From: Felis catus
Taxonomy: Eukaryota
DNA length: 64,000 bases
Assembly (NCBI RefSeq): GCF_018350175.1
Contig: NC_058382.1
Location: 53,198,001-53,262,000 of the forward strand
Reading direction: 5' to 3'
Part shown: positions 58,909-64,000 of the stretch, piece by piece
Numbering within the stretch: the stretch's first letter is position 1
How the letters are laid out: every line of letters begins with the position of its first letter
The notes under the pieces: model-generated
The model's database searches: none
What the model saw: only the letters and a program-made list of their open reading frames with translations
Told to the model about the DNA's origin: nothing
Translations under genes and position numbers: made by a program

Positions 58909-60829
58909 TCCGTCTAAATCTTAACCTCAAGAACATGAAAAACAGGCTAGAAACCCATCAACTCAATCACTGGTTGCCTGAGGAGAGGGGTGGGGGAATT
59001 CATTACCAAGGGACCCGAGGGAACCGTCTTGGGTCTTAGAAATGTCGTGTGTCTTCTTTGAGGGGGTCCTTACACGGGCTGAGCCGCTCATCGGGCGTCA
59101 CACAACTTTTACTGAAAGTGTGCACATCCCGTTATATATAATTTCACCTCGATAAGGCTTCTTTAAAAAGCTATCTGCTTTTGTGAGGGATGGAGTCAAA
59201 ATATGTGAAAACCGGGAAACTAGTATTTTGTAGTTCGAGCACTGTGGGGATGTCTGAGCATTGGAAGTTGTTGGGAACCCAAGGGGAGCTTGGTTTAGGA
59301 AGGGGATACAAATGCAGCAGCCATCAATTTCTACAAGAAATCTATGAGAATTCTATCATAATTTCTAGTATCGTATTAAATTCATCCTCAGTTTCTTTTT
59401 GCCCAATAGCCACGGTGTTTATATTCTATTCACTCCGTCGACAATTTTTTTATTGAGTGTCTAGGGCGTCCCAGACACCGTGCTAAGCAGCTGAAATTCC
59501 TCGTGAAATACCCAGATATATGAACACAACCACAAAGCTCCCAGAATTTAGATGAGTTGCAAATTTTATTCAAAAGAACCTCTATTTCCCAAGAGATTTT
59601 TTTATTTGATAACTTTTTTTTTTTTTTTTTTTTTTACTGCAAAATTAAAGTAAATCAAATTCTCAAAGACCGGGAACTGAAGCCACCACAGTTCCCAGCT
59701 GAGAAGCCCTTCTCTTTCATCTGGGACCCATTTCCACACCGTACTGGAATCAGTAGCCACTATTGCCTTCTTTTTATCATGCCGTGGGTATCATAGCAGC
59801 TGGATTCTCTGAATGTACCCACTAGAGTGTGGACTTCTCTTCATCTTTACCCTGCTTTGTCTTCCCTTCTGGGACCAGGAAAATCACATGACTGACTCTG
59901 TTTCCCTTTTCACTTTGTTCACCAGGAAGCTCACAGCCAAGCGTGCAGGCCTGTCAGCGCAACTGTAGAGAAGTATTTGGTTTGCCCTTCTGCCCTACGG
60001 TTACTCTCTGGTCTCGACTTCCTTTTAGAATAGGATATTTCCATCATTCTCTTGGTTTTATTTTTCGGTTATGCCCTAAGCATTATTTTGCTCGTGCATT
60101 CCATAAACCACATATGGAATGAGGCCAAGTATTAAAAAGAAATGAAAGAACTCCATCTAGGATTTCTATCTCTAACATAGGTACCATGCTGGAAATACAC
60201 ACATACATTGCACATAACAGGGACTCGGTCAGCATCCCCCTCAATTTTTCCAATCCTCACAGTTTTCACAGAAGCTTTTCCACTCATGTTATTTGAAATA
60301 GTACCTGTCAGAGAGTTTCCTGCACTTAGATACTCAGATATGACTTTGATTTGACCTTCTTTTGGGCTATCTCAACTTGGCTATCTTGCTCTACCCTGAA
60401 TTTAAAAATACTTAAGCCAAGACATTTGAAACCCTTTTTAGAAGAAGGCAGGGCTGAACCAGTATGTTAGAAGTCACTCCCTCCCCTCCCCTCTTGACCC
60501 CTTCAATCTGATAGCACCCAGCTGACACCCCTTCTTCCTCCTCATCTCCGCCCCGTGCCCCCCCACCCCGGAAAGTATGATGTAACTAACAGAAGGGGGT
60601 TAACTCCAGACTGTGGAGTTAGACAGTGAAGGACTCAATTCTGGTTCAACCTCTTACAGCTCATGACTTGGACACGTTACTAACTTTCTTGAGTCTTGGT
60701 TTCTTCCCTAGCAGAAAATAACAAGGGCCTTGCCTTGGGGGTTTGTTGTGAGAATGGGAATCCCATGTAGCTTGGAGAACATACTGTGTGGAACAGTACA
60801 ATTACCCAATAATTCGTAGCTGATTGAGT

Positions 60830-60906
60830 GGAGGGATGGGTGGCTGGATGATGGATGGAGAGATGATGGGTAGATGATGGATGGATGATGGGTGGATGAT
60901 GGATGA
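60830..60906. repeat. (GGAT/GAT)n degenerate microsatellite
   Basis: Direct reading. Confidence 0.85.
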
Positions 60907-61316
60907 ATATAGCATAGACTGTGTTCCTAGATAAGGCAACGCTATACATTAGGGTGAGGGGTTCTCTGTATTTTCTCACCAGAGTTTAGAAGGGACAACA
61001 CTCTCTTCGACGCTCCCCCCTGCTGGTTCAAGATTGTGGCTATGTGTGGGTCCGTGTTCACATACACCGCCCCCCCCCCAACACACACACTCACACACGC
61101 ACACAGTGTGAGTTACTACTCTGCTTCCCAGGGGTCATCGATCTCAGGGTGGCTGCATTTGTTCTCCTGGGGTACAATCAGCTGCAAGTGTATACATCCG
61201 AGAGAAAACGGAACCCAAAAGTTGGATAAGGATAGTATCGCCTCATTCCGTATTTGTTGTTCTTTCTTGTCCTTCCTTCCTCGTCCTTCCGTCCTCGTCC
61301 TTCCGTCCTTCCTTCC

Positions 61317-61416
61317 AAGATTTTATTTTTTAGTCACCTCTATTCCCAATGTGGGGCTTGAACTTACAAACCAAAGATCAAGAGTCACACGCTCTACCGA
61401 CTGAGGCAGCCAGGCC
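61317..61416 (-). mobile_element. Short old Can-SINE subtype lacking the CT tract
   Basis: aagattttattttt...gtggggcttgaactta...agatcaagagtcacacgctctaccgactgag..agccagg. Confidence 0.8.
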
Positions 61417-61498
61417 TGTCTCCGTCTACATTTTTAAACACACATCTTAGCTAAAAGGTAAGTTATTCTAGGCACTCACTTTTTAAACTAAAAATCCT

Positions 61499-61701
61499 GG
61501 GGCGCCTGGCTGATGCAGCTGCCCAGGGATCAGCTCTTGGTTTCGATTCAGGTCATGAGCTCACAGTTCCTGAAACGGAGCCCCTACATCGGGATCCACA
61601 CTAACAGCACAGAGCCTGCTTGGGATTCTCTCTCTCCCCTTCTCCGTGTCCCTCCCTTGCTCATGCTCTCTCTCAAAATAAATAAACTTAAAAAAAAAAA
61701 A
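61499..61701 (+). mobile_element. Can-SINE (diverged)
   Basis: GGGGCGCCTGG head, CT tract, aaaataaataaacttaaaa tail; TSD-like aaactaaaaatcc/acactaacaatcc. Confidence 0.9.
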
Positions 61702-63469
61702 CACTAACAATCCCAAGTAGGAGGAAAACAGGTAGAAAATCCCAACACTTACAGGCTCGACACTTCTTTCCTGAACAGCAACACCAAAACAGAAATCAAA
61801 TATAATCTGGCAATTCAGGCTATGGGTTTCTTTTTCTGCCCCGCCCCCCCATACTTCTGTACTGAGTGAGACAGAGATGAGGTCATGTGACTGGGCAGGT
61901 GACAATTTAAACGGTTGGATCTATTTTGCGGGGCTGGTTTGTCCTTGTCCCTCAGTCACGGGAGAGGGGGGGGAAGTTTGACAAAAGAGGAAGGTGAAAA
62001 TGTATAAAAAGGGCCACCGTTGAAAAAGGGACCCGTTGTTCCTAGGGGAAGAGGCTTCTAATTTCCAGTTGGTCCGGAAACGCTTGCTTCCTGTCCAAAA
62101 CCGGAGCGCTGGGACAAACAGCCACTCCCAGGGCAAGGGGACCTGGGAAGGAGGCGGCGGACAGGCCTGAAAAGGCGCATCGTTGGGGGAGCCGTGGGGC
62201 CTGCGGAGTGCTGCAAGGCAGCCCGCAAGAACCGCGACATGTGACCATTGGGGTCTGTTCCTTGCATCTCCAGGGCTAGACTCTCCCTGGAGAGGCTGGG
62301 AGGCCTGACATATGCCCTGGGGGACAGGGAACTGGAAAGCAAAGGCACTTTTGAGAAGGGAGCCAGAACTTTCCTCGGCCCTCACACAAGGCAGCACCGG
62401 GGCACGGAAGAGCTCGGGTCATCACAAACGAAATCTGCACACCTAACACACAGGACAATGGATGGACAGAGAAGGAGAAGAGAGTAAGGAGAGAAAGGGG
62501 AAAAGGAGAGAAGGAGAAGAGAAAGAGAAGGAGGACCAAGTAGAAAGAGCCACCATTTCTTCCTAGGCTACAAGGCAGGCATTGTCTGTGACTCAGCAAT
62601 GGAATTCAAGGCCCTGAAGGGAAAAAAGCAGAAGGAAAGAGAGCTGGGAGTTGCACAGATGACAGTCAAAGGGGGTAAACTGAGGAAGCATTTACTCTGT
62701 AACTCGACACTGTCCAACATCCTCTGGTCCAACGTCCGTTGGTCCTTTTCAGGACCTCCCCTGAAACCAATACCTTCCTGAACCCTATTTTCATGCTAAG
62801 GAAGCCGAGTCTCAGAGAAGTCCGGGTCCTTGGTTGCTTTGTTTTAGTGCTTCTGACAAGAAAAGCAGCAAGGGGAGGCCCCAGCCCAACACCAAAAAGG
62901 GGTGAGGATCCTCTGCCAGAGACCCTGGAAGCACGTTACAACAGGGGGAATGTGGGGAACACCTGACGCCATCCAGGGCCTGTGGAAGAAAAGGGAGATG
63001 GTGAGGCATGGGACCATGAAGCAGGGCTGTGGGGTGACGACCCACGGGAAGCTCCTGGGTGCAGTTCACCATGTCCCTTCCCGGGAAGGGCTGGCCAAAG
63101 CTTAGCCGAGGTAGCACTCATGCTGGGTAGATAGGGTGCACCTAGAGGCACATGGGCCTGAGGCAGCTACAGTGGGGGCCTTGTTGGGTGAAGAACCTCA
63201 AGGTGGCCACCAAGACTGCAGCTGAGGAGAGGAGAAGACAGAGGAGCATGGGATCCAAGATGTAACCCTGTGGGTCATGGAAGGTTGTATGGATTTTATT
63301 CTTAGTGAGATGGGAACCCACTGGAAGAGTGAAAGCCAAAGGAGTGCCAAAATTGGACATGGGGGCGAGGTCTATGGGAGCTCTTTGTACTTGGTATTCA
63401 ACCTTTCTATAACCCCAACACTGCCCTAATTAAAAAAATGTGTATAAAAATCTCTACCCACCTATCAGC

Positions 63470-64000
63470 TATCCATTTATCCATCCATCCATCCACCCAT
63501 CCATTTTCCATCCATAATTCTTCCATCCATCATCCATAATCCAACCATATGTCCATCATCCATCCATCCATCCACCTACCCATCCATTCATCTTCCATCC
63601 ATAATTCTTCCATCCATCTACCTATCCATCCATTATCCATCCACCCACTTATCCATCCATCCATCCACCCATCCATTTTCCATCCATCCACCTATCCATC
63701 CATCCATCCATCCAGCCATCCATTTTCCATCCATAATTCTTCCATCCATCCACCTATCCATCCATTCATCTTCCATCCCTAATTCTTCCATCCATCTACC
63801 TATCCATCCATCCACCTATCCATCCATCCACCCACCCATTTTTCCATCCCTAATTCTTCCATCCATCTACCTATCCATCCATCCACCTATCCATCCATCC
63901 ATCCACCCATTTTTCCATCCATAATTCTTCCATCCATCTACCTATCCATACATCTTCTATCCCTAAGTCGTCCATCCATCTACCTATCCATCCATCCACC
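63470..64000. repeat. (CCAT)n-based complex tandem repeat running off the window end
   Basis: CCAT runs punctuated by recurring ATTTTCCATCC, TAATTCTTCCATC and ACCTATCC landmarks. Confidence 0.95.

Overview
Mammalian (felid, most likely domestic cat or a close relative) non-coding DNA, either intergenic or deep inside a large intron. The taxonomic call rests on 18 tRNA-derived Can-SINE copies, five of them the young feline form (GGGGCGCCTGGGTGGCGCAGTCGGTTAAGCGTCCGACTTCAGCCAGGTCACGATCTCGCGG...), four with perfect target-site duplications. Most of the window is a mosaic of old eutherian repeats (MIR, L2, L3/CR1, L1M fragments, MaLR MLT1 LTRs, hAT MER3/MER5A/MER58) and microsatellites, with repeat-poor islands that look like possible enhancers and one orphan CpG-island-like stretch near 43.2-43.9 kb. 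I could not recognise any protein-coding gene, RNA gene or processed pseudogene. The ORF track appears to be chance ORFs, SINE translations and simple repeats, apart from fossil CR1 and L1 ORF2 peptides. I found no support for a novel biological system. The most notable items are retrotransposition and rearrangement structures, a CpG-rich 21-bp minisatellite, weak exon-like segments and motif clusters. Repeat subfamily names come from memory of consensus sequences, and boundaries of old repeats are approximate (tens of bp).
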